A stretch of 63,152 nucleotides of DNA, filler included, from Pseudovirgaria hyperparasitica (lineage: Eukaryota): NCBI GenBank assembly GCA_010093815.1. It is 4 parts of 4 records of this genome, joined end to end, with 100 filler letters (N's around TTAATTAATTAA, not from the genome) between each part and the next. Parts side by side here need not be neighbours in the genome. Positions count along the whole stretch, not along the records: positions 1 to 27,693 come from ML996610.1; 3 more parts are not named here. One strand, written 5' to 3'. This document shows, piece by piece, positions 13,272 through 25,836 of the stretch. Each line of letters begins with the position of its first letter. Within the stretch, counting starts at the first letter, position 1. The notes beneath the pieces were generated by a model. That model was not told the origin of the DNA, ran no database searches, and was given only the letters and a program-made list of their open reading frames with translations. Made by a program: the position numbers and the translations under genes.

Positions 13272-14748
13272 ATGCCTGTAACACGACCATCTTTTGATAC
13301 TGCTGCGCGGCAGCAATGGCCTGTAAGTGCCACGTTATGGCGGGAGCGCATGACTGACGAAGCTTCCAAATTCATGCGCTCCGTTGTTGAAAAGGAGCTA
13401 GCCAAGCTCGACCTCCCAGAGACCAAGGACTCTCTCAAGCCGCTTACCTCTGCTTTCTGGGGTATTAATCAACAATCTAACCACGCATCGCCGGGCATCG
13501 ACACATCCAGCCAAGGGAGTTTGAATTCGATGCCGAACCACTCTCTCACTCGCGTAATAGAGCCACACAGTTCTCGGCGCATAGAAGCTACCGGAGACAG
13601 TTTTCATCCCAACCTCACAACCTCACCTGGCATTGTGAGCAGTTCCGCGGACTCAAGCCGTGCCAGTCCATCTACTGCACCATCGACGCCGCCTGACGAA
13701 GGAGCTGACACCAGTAGCGCACGCAACCCATCGTCCGAATCGACTTCGTCCATTGATAAAGCAGCTTCTGGGCTTTCAGAGCATCCCATTCAGCATAGTC
13801 AAGCTGCTGGCAAGCATCCAAACCTTTGTCCCACACAAAGTTCTGTACTAGAAAGTGGATCCAACTTGAATGCCAGTACAAGGCAACGGACGCAAAATAA
13901 TGGCGATTCATCCTCAAGTCTGACTGGAGTCTGCATAAGCACCACACCGTCACGAATACACCTTGACGCAGTCGCGCGGGATATGGCTGTAGGTGATGAT
14001 TCGTCTGTCCACGGATCTCACAGCGGCTGCAATTCCCATTTAGTCGCACCCAACCCGACAGAAGATGCAATAAGCCTGCCTGGCACCAAAAGACCATATT
14101 CGGGGCCAGCGAATGATGCCGATTTAATCGAAGACAATATATGCCATGGTATTAAGCGGTTTCGAGGGGATTTTCGTTTTTCGGGGAGCAGACTACAGAC
14201 GGGTTGAATGGGCGTGGTACAGCTAGTCGGCAAGACTTAAATGTCACTGTGAGAAACCTCATAGCGCCGGTCTCTGACATCACAAGTAAAGGGAATTCTC
14301 ATGTTCAATGATGCCTGCTAATTGTCATAGGTCAGCAGTCAGTTCTTCCTGCGGTTCCTACGGCTCCTACGAGCGTAATTGGTGCGTCCATAGCCGTAGC
14401 GGAAACGTTGTCAACTAACAAATCGAAGGGGCGATTCAGTTTGAGAAGACCTATCTTCAAGACATAATTGTCAATGGACCCAGCAGTATTCTAGGCGATA
14501 TATGGCTCGGTAGTCTGCCAGGGTTCCCACCATTCATTTCATTAAGGCCGTCAAAGAGATTGGACGGCATGATTAAGTCATTCGGTCAAGAGGTCCCTAT
14601 CCCCTCACCCGCTCCAGCAGCTCTAATTCAAAGAGATGGGTTTGGTAGATCGTTTTTGAACGAAGCCGGGGGGACATCTTTTATATCGGTTGAGGTGTTA
14701 GATGAGCAGTTGGTAAATGATTTTGTCCAAGCTAGCAAGCAAGAATAA
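13272..14748 (+). CDS. Hypothetical multi-exon protein with long Ser-rich region
   Basis: 311-aa ORF 13272-14207 and a last exon from ~14429 (after CTAAC..AAG) in frame with ORF 14560-14748; middle exons uncertain. Confidence 0.5.
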
Positions 14749-14846
14749 TGACAAAATCAGTACTCCCACAAGGTCATTCGTCATCAATTAAATTTTACAG
14801 TACGAAAAGCGAAGGTAGGGACTGCTATCTTTATACTCGTAATAAC

Positions 14847-15664
14847 CTATCTAGCCAGGACGCGTTTATCTCTCAAGAATTTTATAGCGTCCGACATATG
14901 CTTCGTCTTGCTATTGGTGATATTATAATGACTACCTGATATGATAACACACCGTGTCTCCCCTGTCTGGTCGACGGCTCCATCCTCCGTGACAGCCCAT
15001 CCTGTTACTTGAGATTTGAACTGCCCAATTACCTCCTCTCTCACCTCTGCCTCTTCAAGTAAAAGGCTGCCGCTATCAAAAGAAAACTCAACCATCTTCG
15101 CCGCCTGGCCTTGTATTGCCTCAAGCCCCAGAACGTTTTCCAAGCCCGTGATCTTGAGGCAGTTGGTAAACTCTAGAAAGAAGTTACGATCGATAGTTCC
15201 AGCACTGACTGGCGGACCTTCGCGAAACTCAGAGGGGAATAGAAGCGGACTGCTCCTCTCGCCTTCGGATGTACGGCTGGTTGCATCCACCAAGATAATG
15301 TGAGCATGTATTTTGTGTAAATCGATATCAGAAATGCAAGTAGGTCTGGTCCAATACCCGCGCGGTTCGGATATGCGAGTGCCTAAGAGTATTTTTCCCA
15401 CAGGGATGGTGGTATGGCGATGGAGGAGTCGCAGTCGGAACTGGCTCTGGGCGGAGTAGGTTGAAATTATTGCACAGAGTTGTTTAACTCCATCGGATAG
15501 TACGTTTATTTCAGGAAATGCAGTGTCTGGGGGGAGTCGATTGTGACTACCTTCGATAAGCAAGAAGTCTGCGAGCATGAAGCTGGAGCATGGACTAACC
15601 ATCTCGTGGAAGCCATCAACGTCTCTTTCGTAATGTTCTCATTCAATCGTAGAGTATCTGCCAT
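14847..15664 (-). CDS. Conserved-looking fungal hypothetical protein, 2 exons
   Basis: ATG 15664 (MADTLRL...), GTTAGT intron, then a long open exon (LRLLHRH...GYWTRPT...LFPSEFREG...LGLE) to 14847. Confidence 0.65.
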
Positions 15665-16789
15665 CTCAATGAAAGATGTGCTGTGCTGATCAAGAGCGCC
15701 TTTGGTTGCTGAGGGGAAAATTCGTAGGTTGAGGCATTTACCTCTAGGCCCGTCCAAGGTTATCTCAATAAACTTAGACCCTCACGTAATCAACGCCAAG
15801 CCGCTAAGGCGGCAGTTGTTGCTCGGCAGCAATCGAAGAGTATATACAAAAAGGAGTGTCGATCTGTACTGCACGTGACCGTTCACCGCTACTCACGCCA
15901 GCCCGGCTCACATGCGTGTAATTCTGGTCCAGCCTTCGGCTGATTCCTGACACCATACGATTTTGGGGTGTCTTGGTTATGCGAGCGGGTAGCAACGCGA
16001 ATAGCATAACTTAGCTAGAAAAATATATTAAATACCTATCTAGGTAGTTCTATCTATATTAAATTTTTTATTATGGGTTTGCTGGGCTGGAAATTGTAAT
16101 CAACCCGTGTAGTACGAGCGGCTTATCCCTAAAGTAGTCCGTAACACAAGAGTGTTCCGGCTTTGCAATAGGCAAAGGTGTTTAAAGGGCTTCGGTAAGA
16201 TCAAACTTGGTTTGAGTACCATTCTACATCGAACGAAGAATGGATAGAAAGCACCATTCGAGCGTCGACATTACAGCAAGTGCCCTGGGCCTCCTCGTAC
16301 CATATCCTCCCAACACAGCTTCTTCCAATCTACGATCTGACATACCAGCTCCGGCTTTCCGTTTAGAGGAAAGTTCCGGACACAGCGGAGTCAATTTGGT
16401 TTGCTATGAAGGGGGATACCGGCGCTCTGAAGCATTCATTTGGCGAAGGGCTGGCGTCTCCAGTAGAAGTGAGCAGTTCTCGAGAGCTCTCTTTGGTAGC
16501 AGTATGCAATGCGCCTGTTGATGATGGGTGAGTCAGAATATGGAATCAAGTAGCATCAGCTGTATCGAGAAAGCTACTGACCGCCCATTCTAGGTCCTAT
16601 GACCATGCATGGGAATATGCATATCGCAATAGTTACAGCATAACGGAGCTTAAAGGGCTAGAATGCATTATGACTAACACGACCGTTCATAGAGATTGGA
16701 GAGAGGAGCAGAACTTTTTTCCAGTCCATGAAATTGTCTTTGGCCGATCATCTAAGCTGCTGAAGACTGAGCTTGACGAAATCCGAGCG

Positions 16790-16930
16790 CCGTATTTGCC
16801 ACGGTGCGAGACATGCGGCAGAAGAGGCACGATAAAACACTACCTAGCACTCTTCCCCGACCTCCACGACCAACGACAGACACTTATCAATGCCACGAAG
16901 ACCTCCGACACATCACGATGGCTCCATGAA
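16790..16930 (+). mobile_element. LINE (Tad1-like) ORF2 C-terminal zinc-knuckle fragment
   Basis: YLPRCETCGRRGTIKHYLALFPDLHDQRQTL; DNA 16861-16929 nearly identical to 23197-23264. Confidence 0.65.
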
Positions 16931-17058
16931 CCAGTTCGTCGATCGGCCCGCGGAGATGGCAGGCAGCAGTCGAGCAGCTCCTTCTCGACGCCTCATCCGC
17001 AACCTCGCCTCCCATAAGGAGTCGGCGGAAGGTCGTCGTCGTCCACGGCCTTGGCGGC

Positions 17059-17536
17059 ATCCGTATATCCATAGTTGCATGGGAAAGCTTGGCGCCCGAT
17101 GTTCGCCGTGTCACTAACACGCACGATTTAGTATAATCGACATTTTTATCTATTACTACTATACCACGCTTATATAGTATTAAAGAGGTAGTATAACTAA
17201 TATATAGTACTATAGACCCCTAATACCTCCTCTATATCCATCTAGAGCGCCTTTAAATATAGGGGTGTATACCTAGCTAGACGTAAGAATATCTCTATAT
17301 AACTACTCTTTTTCTATAGTTTTAGAGGTATTATAGATAATATAAAGTAATATAAAGGCTATAGAGATATAATAAGGATTATATAGAACTAATTTTTAGT
17401 AATATTTAGTACTATATAAGTATCATACGGTGGTAATAGATAAAAATGTCGATTATACTAAATATCGTGTGTGTTGGTGACACGGCGAACATCGGGCGCC
17501 AAGCTTTCCCATCCATGCAACTATGGATATACGGAT
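17059..17536. mobile_element. Foldback/MITE-like element 2 (~100-bp TIRs, AT-rich core)
   Basis: ATCCGTATATCCATAGTTGCATGGGAAAGCTTGGCGCCCGATGTTCGCCGTGTCAC... and its inverse ending ...CTATGGATATACGGAT; no TSD seen. Confidence 0.75.
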
Positions 17537-18720
17537 CCATCCATCGGATCCGATCGGCTGCTGTGGGTGGGTTGTCTGTGCGTGAGTGACCAACCGATTT
17601 CACGGGACTCCTCTTCCTCCACCTCTATGCGCTGCGTTGGCGGCCCTTCCTCCTCGACCACAATATCCAATGAATCCGAGGTAGCTTCAGGGACTTTCTC
17701 GAGAGCCGATTTAAAAAAACGCTCGATGACATTTTTCCTTCTTACCGGCTCTTTCCTGAATGCTCTGCGATATTCGTCACCAGTCGCTGTAAATCCTGAG
17801 GGTTCTCCCATGGCGTCAAGTAATTTTTAGAAGGACTACATAATTAATTCATTGCCTTTACAGAGATTTCAGCATGCTCACTAGATATGCAACCCGCAAA
17901 GGAATCTTACCCGAAGGGTGCGAGAGGTGATCAGGCATTGTCGCTTCTCGAAAGGAACTCTTAACGATGTCGCGTCGACTGCGCGGTGACTTGTTGAATT
18001 CAACCTTGCACAGTTCCTTGAGGTTTTTCGATAGACCGCTTGGAAGGTCGATTTCGTGTATGAATCGATTGAAGTACTTTGTTTATTAGCTCTCATAATT
18101 GCGTAAGATGCGAGCGGTCGTACGTGGTGTGATTTTTGCTCCCCCATCTCGATAACGAGGCTGATGAAAGTCTACTCAGCGGACCAAAATGACAGGAGAA
18201 TTGTTACAAGTCAATTTGTGGAAGAATAAGCCCTTGTCGAACGTATAGAGAAACGAATGCAGGCACATGTTAATGAACTGACTACAGAGAGTTGTCGTAC
18301 TCTCTCTTATACAATGACTTGGTAAAAGAACCCACATAACTCCATCACATCTAAGGGGAGGACAGGAGTGGGTGAATGGATGCATCAACATGGCGTACTT
18401 TGTCCCAATGGATCCTGTAATTTGTGTATCAATGCATTGGAAAGATCAGTGGGTCCAACTCTCACTACAAGTGCTCTCCCAATAATGGCTGCTTAATTCG
18501 TATCATCCAGCCAGATATACTGCAAATCATTAATATTGACACACAGATCTCCCAATTTCTGCACTCTGTACTTGTGCAAGATCTTCGGTCCCAAGTCGTG
18601 TATAGAGCGCACGAGTATGCACAGGCGGAAGTGTGCTCGGATCTCAAAGGGGTCACCGTGTACCTTGTAACATGGTGGAGCACCTTGTACTTGGGAATAT
18701 GGTAGATCACTATATCGCGC
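17537..18720 (-). pseudogene. RIP-like degraded gene of unknown family, running into MITE 2
   Basis: Long frame GTKYAMLMHPF...ILVR*...NYES**TKYFNRFIHEID...RVAYL, a phase-0 GTGAGC..TAG intron, then SF*KLLDAMGEPSG...; stops are in frame. Confidence 0.4.
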
Positions 18721-18785
18721 TAGCGACTGTAATCGTGCGCTCTGTAATATGGTGGAGCAAGTGATTCGGAACATGGTGGAGCAAC

Positions 18786-19143
18786 AGACGAGATCATGAT
18801 GATACCCAGCTAGATGGTAAGCTGCTCCTGGCGGCAATCCATGCACCCATACATCGAAGCAATCCAACAAGTCCAGCATGGATGTTAGGTTCCGATCTCC
18901 ACCCACGCTGGGATACCTATGCGATGGAGGTATATTGAGATTCAAAATTCTCCAGTCGAGAATGGCATATCTTCTATTGGGATGCCAGGTTGGGAGGCAG
19001 GCCTCGAGCGGGAGGACTTACTTTTGATCCCGTATACGACGATCAATAACTCGAACAATGCATGAATGAAGCTACCCCTGCCGCCTTGCACCCTGTCAGG
19101 GGCTCTGCCGTTGCTGGCACTTACTGGGCAATCGGAGTGCTGG
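18786..19143 (-). repeat. Repeat family X, copy C
   Basis: Shares blocks with ~3118-3290 (inverted) and ~60670-61000 (direct), with different internal deletions. Confidence 0.8.
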
Positions 19144-19680
19144 TGACGAAGACACTCCTTCCGGTTCCCTTGTTTGTAAAGCCTCTCACCCCGGCCGGTA
19201 CTTTGTATTCGTCTAGATCGACACGATGCTAGAAATTATCCATGCAATGTAATCAGTGACAAGAGCATTGGTCTCACCTATGAATCGATTGGGCAGCTTA
19301 GGCGAATCCTACCGGTACACGCCATGGGTGTAGGTAGCTCTTATTCAGAATAGCAGAGCCTTTAGCAATATGACCCGTCGTTACAGTTGGCCCCTCCATC
19401 CTGTCATTTCGAAACTATAGTTTACTTTGCATAAGTGGCTCAAGGATAAACGGACCAAAAGGGTCTCCAATCCAGACGACAGGCCACATGCTTGCGAATT
19501 GGTATCGAGAAGAGTGTGGTTGTATGTTCAACCTACTTCAAAGCTCAGCACGACGATTGCTTAGATACAATCACGCAATCTAAAAGTAGCATCATTCTAA
19601 CCGAAAGCGAGGATTCGACATAGACCGATCAGGCTGGATAGAGACTGCTTCGTTGGCTATGTTTAGTAAACTTAGACTAC

Positions 19681-19783
19681 GCCTCGGTAAGATCATGGCT
19701 CAGTAAGGGCATGGCTCAGTAAGGGCATAGCTCAGTAAGATATCGACTCAGTAATGCCGACTCAGTACAGTCATGGCTCAGTT
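19681..19783 (+). repeat. Array of ~7 degenerate (G/A)(G/A)CTCAGTAA units, 14-16-bp period
   Basis: Directly visible; the same motif forms arrays at 54351-54382 and 58175-58285. Confidence 0.85.
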
Positions 19784-19800
19784 GAATAGACCTCTTACAA

Positions 19801-19920
19801 GAGTATAGTAAATCTTCTCTACGGCCTTAGTAGCTAAAACCTACTCCTTAGAATAAGTAGCCTACATACTAGGAACCTCTTATTACCTAAGAGCTATTAA
19901 TAGCTAATATAAGTAGTTAG
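19801..19920 (+). repeat. AT-rich repeat; unoccupied paralog of the pogo and NLR-cassette target sites
   Basis: Matches 46849-46869 joined to 48687-48784; reads AATCTTCTC-TA-CGGCCTTAG...AAGTAGT-TA-GTACGC without insertions. Confidence 0.9.
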
Positions 19921-20889
19921 TACGCTTTACAAATAATTTACACGCCAGCTGTTGTATACTATTCCCATTTGGCAGTCTAATAAAAAGTTGAGTCGATTGG
20001 CATGGAAAGTATGCTCACTTCCCATGATCATGCCTGCTAACAACGCCCTGACACCGCATGTATTCCTTTCTCGCCTTGGTTAGTCCTCTGTCTGGTTAAG
20101 CTGCTTCTCCATTTTAACACTTACTAAAGGCAGGCAGTAACATGGATTTTTATTGATATCCAGCTAAATCTAATTTATTCACGCCGGTAATACTGCAATA
20201 TCTGATGCTCGCTGGATCGAGTCGCAATACGTACGATACATGCGGATCTGCTGCGCCAAGTTCATGTTTTCCTCTACCAGTCTCTCTAGGGTCGTCGTAT
20301 GCAGCTGTTCTCGACAGGAGTCTATCTCGGAGATGATGCGCTCGATGTCTGTTGCTGTCTCATAATCATAGCAGACATAAATACACTGCACTGGTTGTGG
20401 TCCGGCCCATTTTTCTGAAGATAGCCGTAATGTGGAAGGGCGCTCAAGACGATTTTAGCATCATTGGGGCCGTCTTGCGGTTGGGTAAGAGCCTCGATTT
20501 CTCATGTCAATATCCTATAAAACAAACAGTTCAGTTCCTGAAGCACTTTAGTTTACCTCGCGGTATATTTGAACCGAGCTGTCAGTTCTAGTAGTAGAAT
20601 TGAAGTTGACTCAGTTGAACTGAAGTCTAGTAGATAGTCTGTCTAGAGTGAAGAAGTAGCGTAAAAATACGGTAAATTTAAGTTTATATAGAAGATTTTC
20701 GTACGCCTAGACGACTCTTATATATTTGTCCCTATTGGCACACAAGTAAGGCAGGGTCGAGACCCGATCCCAGGCCATTGAGGGCGCACCGCTATTTTCA
20801 AGTCTAAGTAAATTTGGGTCAGCGCAAGATGTACATGACGAGAATCATATAACCACCCCCGTAGTCATTTGGTCTCTCCAGCGATTTGA

Positions 20890-21045
20890 CATGTCCCGTA
20901 CCCGCTCAAGTCCAATTCCTGTCCGAAGGGGCCTTCGACAATTGCGCTGTAGCCTACGGCAGCCTTCAGCTGAGGTTTGTAATGATCGTCTTTTCATGCT
21001 CTTGCAATGTCTGGTATATGTAGAATGGGTGAGACTCCATGAGCG
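20890..21045 (-). pseudogene. Ferric reductase (FRE/NOX-like) FAD/NAD-binding fragment
   Basis: LMESHPFYI (HPF FAD motif), then after a frame change AIVEGPFGQELDLSGYGT (EGPYG motif). Confidence 0.65.
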
Positions 21046-21049
21046 AGCC

Positions 21050-21545
21050 AAACAAATATGCAACTGGACTGTGTCGTATCCCTGTGTCATTCCGCGCTCC
21101 TCAGGACGAAGCGCTGGTCAACTTGCTGGCTAACAGCGAGACTGAGAATCTGGACATGGTTGGCGAGGTGGAGAACATGGGCTTGGAATTGGGATGCATG
21201 CCGTCGCTTTATAAGAGCATGAGTCTGCAGGGGAGCTGGAACGTTTGCTTTGCTTAACACTCAGACACGTGAAATTTCGGACTGCGTGTTCGGCTAACGA
21301 AATGAGATATGTCTATTAAATTATGAAATTCATGCTTGAGAATCTCTCATCTTGGTGCAATGCTAATGCGAGACTGACGCGGGAACGTCCGTTTTCAAGT
21401 TCCCATTCTTTGTTTTCTTTCGTCCAGACCGGTACTCAATTTCACACCTGGTCATATAAAGATACTGTCCTGACCATGTCCTAGGTCAAGACTAACAATG
21501 CAAGGTACGTTCGTCGGCACCCCACCCGGAGAGAATGACTAGGTA
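21050..21545 (+). repeat. Duplicated segment (inverted copy at ~57086-57460)
   Basis: High-identity reverse-complement match; the 57-kb copy has internal deletions. Confidence 0.9.
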
Positions 21546-21763
21546 ACATTGCCGCCTAGCTGATGATGATCTTATCCACGAGCAAGGCGAATTTTTGGGG
21601 CGGATTTAGCACATCCCTTGGAGTAATGCACTAAAACAGGGGTCCTATCCATAGTGGTAGATATCCCTGGAAACGCCTCATGCCTGTTGGCCTAGGTGCT
21701 GCCGCCTATGCTTGTCTGTATTCCAGAACCTCAAAACGAGAAGACCTCAAAATTCGCTACGAT

Positions 21764-22166
21764 ATGTTGTTGGCGCGCTCGCAGCTTCCACATAGCCTTA
21801 GAAGACCAATGCCACCCTGCGAAGGACCAAAGCTGTCAGCGTTCAAGAGAGGGGGGCTTGCTATCCACTTCATAAAGCTTCTCAGTTCGTCGCCGCGCTT
21901 GGACGGATCTGAAGGAGCCGAAGGAAGCCACAGCTATGTCTTCAAAGTTCGCATAGGTAAGAAGAAGTATGCACTGAAGGTGGTAGGTACATACGCGCAT
22001 AGTTGATCACGACTATATCGTTCAGGCCTAATATGCGTCTAGTTCAAGTTCTTCAGTGTCGAGCACGAACGCTCTTCAGTATCTCCTACCGATAAGGTCA
22101 AGGCAAGCGATGAGATAATCGCTTATCACTCTGATCCATTTTTTGCAGAGTGTAGAGCATACGGAA
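21764..22166 (+). pseudogene. FTA2-domain (kinase-like) gene, 3'-truncated
   Basis: PPCEGPKLSAF...VFKVRIGKKKYALKV, intron 21983-22042, FKFF...DPFFAECRAYG; similarity stops at GAATTC ~22164. Confidence 0.75.
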
Positions 22167-22432
22167 TTCTCCTCCTCAACCCTATATCCACGGCGCCATA
22201 GCCAGCTTGGCTCGCCACGAGTTGAGAGACGCTCAATAGGGATACGGTATCCATGGAGGCGTGTCCAATCAATCGTCTCGTAGCCTTCGGGAGACTCAAA
22301 GTCAAAGGAAGTATTGTCTAAGTCGTCTCGCCGAGCACGTGCAATCGTCAGAGCATCACCAGAAATAGGTACTGCTGGTAGTATATTGAGTGACTCAGCT
22401 GCAGACGCGGTGGCTGAGGATGGGACAGACAT
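22166..22432 (-). mobile_element. hAT (Restless-like) transposase N-terminal fragment
   Basis: IDWTRLHGYRIP...SWLWRRGYRV resembles the region preceding the BED finger in fungal hAT transposases; fused head-on to the FTA2 fragment. Confidence 0.55.
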
Positions 22433-23009
22433 GTTCAGGTGACGATTGAGGTTCTTCAGAGAGGTAAAAACGCGTGATAATTCATGGATATTGGGAATAT
22501 TCGACATCCGCAGACATGTCTTATATGGTATATCCGCCTGATTCATGTTGCTGACTAGAATCAACGTATAAACCTAGTAGAGTTCGAAGATTTTTCACGT
22601 CGGCGAGCAACCTCAACCCTAGAACCTGTCTATATTCGACTAATATGGGTATATACAGAGCCTCAAGTTACACGTCACTTAAGAAACAGTCTCCCTTACA
22701 TCGTAGAGTCAGGTTTATTCAAGAAACTCACCATAAGAACCTGGCTAAAATCGACTAATCTGGCTATATATATAGCCTCACGTTACATGCCGTCTCCAAA
22801 GTGATATCCGCCCCACATATTCAATCTAACACAAGCAATCTGACCAATCGGATTGAGATTGTACCGTCTTGGCAATCTTCCATGAGGCGTAGATTGAGCT
22901 TGTATTCTCTATTAGAATATTTGAGCAGATTGAGCTTGCATGGATTCGGATTGTATGTGCCGAGTATAGGGCACATCGAACCTGCAGGAGTCCAGCGACT
23001 TCGAACTGG

Positions 23010-23400
23010 TGGCCCAGCGTGGTTCAGAGGGTCATGGAAGGAACCGAGCAAATGGACGTATAAAGGGCTTACGAAAGCCCAGACATCTATACTCCTCCAA
23101 GCTCGCACCGGCGCCATAGAACTCCCATATCACCTCCACCAGAGCTGTCCCAGATACACCTCCATGGTGCGAGGCATGCGGCAGAAGAGGCACGATCTCC
23201 ACGACCAACGACAGACACTTGACAATGCCACGAAGACCTCCGACACATCACGATGGCTCCATGAGCACTCTAAGGACGTAGCCCAGTGGATGCTCCAGTA
23301 CCTCCCCCTCCCCCAGTTCCAATGGACCCGGACCCATATGCCGGGGACCCCTCGGGAAGACTTTAATTATTGGTCAAAGGCAGCCCTTGATTTGATTTGA
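23010..23400 (+). mobile_element. LINE (Tad1-like) ORF2 3' fragment
   Basis: YKGLTKAQTSILLQARTGAI.L..HLH ... VAQWMLQYLPLPQFQW; the CCHC region is partly deleted. Confidence 0.7.
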
Positions 23401-23439
23401 TTCTTCACGCTGCGGGATGCCAGTTGGTCCCTTAGCTAA

Positions 23440-23957
23440 TCTACCAAGGTACGCTATTCATAGTAGCGCCAGCCTGTTTTGTCGTTGATGTTTAACCTCG
23501 AGAGTAATTTTCGGCGAACTTCAAGTTTTCACCCACTGCGGCTGATCCAATCTGGTGGTATCTCTGGAACGCGGGGCTGCTGTACCATGGGTTGCGTTCT
23601 TGATCGGCCACGAATTACTTTATTCGGCCTTTCATTCCTCGCACGATTCATGGTCAGAGCGGCAAACGTCCAGGTCCCTGCAAAGATTGTGGCTGCGGCG
23701 CAGTAACAGACCGACGGCTTATGATCATCCGTATGAAATTAGATCCAGAAGAGATATCTACGGCACTCGTCACATGGGTACTCTCTTAAGCCTATAAGTG
23801 GCCGGGTACGGCGAAGTCTGTTGGTTGGCGGCACAATTGCACTAGGTCGGGTCTGTAGCCAAAAATTCCAATAAGTAAGGGAGGTTATATCACAATTTGA
23901 GTGCCGTTGTAAAAGCGTACGAAAGTCATGATAAGTCGGCTCCTGGGGGTTAGTCAT
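23440..23957 (-). pseudogene. Small Cys/His-containing gene with in-frame stops
   Basis: MTNPQEPTYHDF...YPCDECRRYLFWI*FHTDDHKPSVCYC...; the frame continues through isolated TAA/TGA stops. Confidence 0.35.
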
Positions 23958-24059
23958 AATATCACTTGAGCGTAGCGACCATCCATTTAGAACATGTTCC
24001 CGTGCGAGTGATGACCATGTGAGCGATGGATCCATACGACCATCCGGATTCATGGATGG

Positions 24060-24154
24060 ATCCGTCTGTAACTTTTCAGCGCGACTCTTGGCACGTGTTG
24101 CGCGCGCAACACACACTTTTTCTCTGATTCTTAAAAACGTATATTTTCTTTAAT
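24060..24154 (+). repeat. Solo copy of the MITE-1 terminal repeat
   Basis: ATCCGTCTGTAACTTTTCAGCGCGACTCTTGGCACGTGTTGCGCGCGCAACACACAC...TTCTTAAAAACGTATATTTTCTTTAAT. Confidence 0.85.
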
Positions 24155-24289
24155 CCCTACGCCCAGCTGCAAAAGTCGTGGATCGCATCTCGCCACGGTT
24201 CCGATTCCCGTTTGCAGGCTATCTATATATTTAGACTGCATCCTCTCATAAGTAGATCAGTTACAGAGATCTGCGACAATTATTGTTAC

Positions 24290-25836
24290 ATGCCTGAGAG
24301 AATGTTGCTAAATTTACCGTCAGAGCTCATCTTTGACTTGCTAAACCACGTAGGTTCTTTCTAAAGTCGCGGACGTAGTCTAATACTAGTAGCTCACAAT
24401 CAATAACCTCTGCGAAGTAAGACTTGTCTGCAGGAGGATGGACGATGAAGTCAAAAGGATTGTACATTTCCGAGTACAGTTAGACTTGGCCACTCCTCTA
24501 CACGCAATAGAGACTTTGTCACTATCCCGATTCGTTCGTCAAACACTCTGTATTCACCGGGACACAGATCTTATCTCTTGGGACCACGCTACATCTTACG
24601 TACAAAGATGTGTCCCGAACTCGATCGAAGCTGTCTACATTGATTCTTCGATTCCCACAGTCGACGAGGTATTTCTGCGGAATGTACTGAACAACCATCG
24701 GACTATTCAGCACATTGATGTCAGGAGACGACTACGTAGTTCGAGTGCTTGGTTACGAGCTATTTTGCCGCCAAGTGTCTCGCTCTTTTATGGTACTAGG
24801 CAAGACATCGATGCCTTGTTAATCACTGCACATCCTTCAACCATTACAAAACTTGAACTAGGCTATATCGGGAAGATTGGTAATCGCACCGTCTCTCTAA
24901 AAGATTTTGAGACATTGAGAACTCTTCGCCTTATTGGTTTCGACTTACAATGTTTTATTGAGTTGCATAGAGTTGTTAACCAGCTCAAATCCATCCAGAT
25001 CATGCGCTGCACTGGCGTTGCGCGATTCCTGAGCCAGATACCACCTGCTACGCGCATGGACGAGTTCGAATGTTGTTTGCATTACAGTGATACTGCATCA
25101 ACTATAAGTGCTATTGAAGGATTCCTTGAGAGAGTTCGTGGTCTTCATAAACTAGGGCTCAATTATCAGGAGTCTACTAATCGAGTGAGACCGAACTACA
25201 TACGGCAACATTCGAAGAGTCTTAGACACTTCGAACTTACATCTAACCAGCACCTAAATTTTTTATGCTGCGAAGCATGGTCCGTGGTGTACGAGTGTCA
25301 GTCTCTGGAGTATTTAGGTCTGAGTATTGCCAACCTTGGACCGGAGAGCGCGCAGATTGGGATTGAGTGGGTACACTTGCTCTTTTGGGGGCTTGTAAGT
25401 CAAACTATGGTAAACATGTGTTGCAACGAAGTTAAAAATACATCAGTGGCTCCATCTCCTGCGATACCCAAAACACCCTACGCTCCGAAGCTTCCGTCTG
25501 ACTGGCGCATGCGCGTTTTATGGCCACATATCCCACAAGGATATCGAAGAATCACTTGGGAAAGCTCGGCGTTTCTTACAAATGCGGCTTCCATTAAGGA
25601 TGCTATGCATTAATCCAGCATATACAGATGCAGAGATTGAGAAATTGTATGAGTACGGCAGCCCTACACTAGTGCCGCGTGTAGTGTTAGAAGATGGCGA
25701 GGAGCCGGATGGGGAAAGGTACAAGAAGACCCGGAGATCCGTCGTTTTCCTAGAACCTGAGTCACTAGCACACGCGTGTTCTCTCCCCCATCTTTATACC
25801 TACCCGTCCCACGTACTTCGGAGTTGTAACCTCTGA
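24290..25836 (+). CDS. F-box / LRR-like protein, 3 exons; extreme 3' end runs into a pogo insertion
   Basis: MLLNLPSELIFDLLNH|LTINNLCEVRLVCRRM F-box, LxxLxL repeats, intron ~25395-25446, last exon in frame with ORF 25582-25836. Confidence 0.75.

Noticed and set aside
15784..15795. ACGTAATCAACG resembling a Tan1/Vader TIR start
   Set aside because: Not preceded by TA and no partner TIR found.
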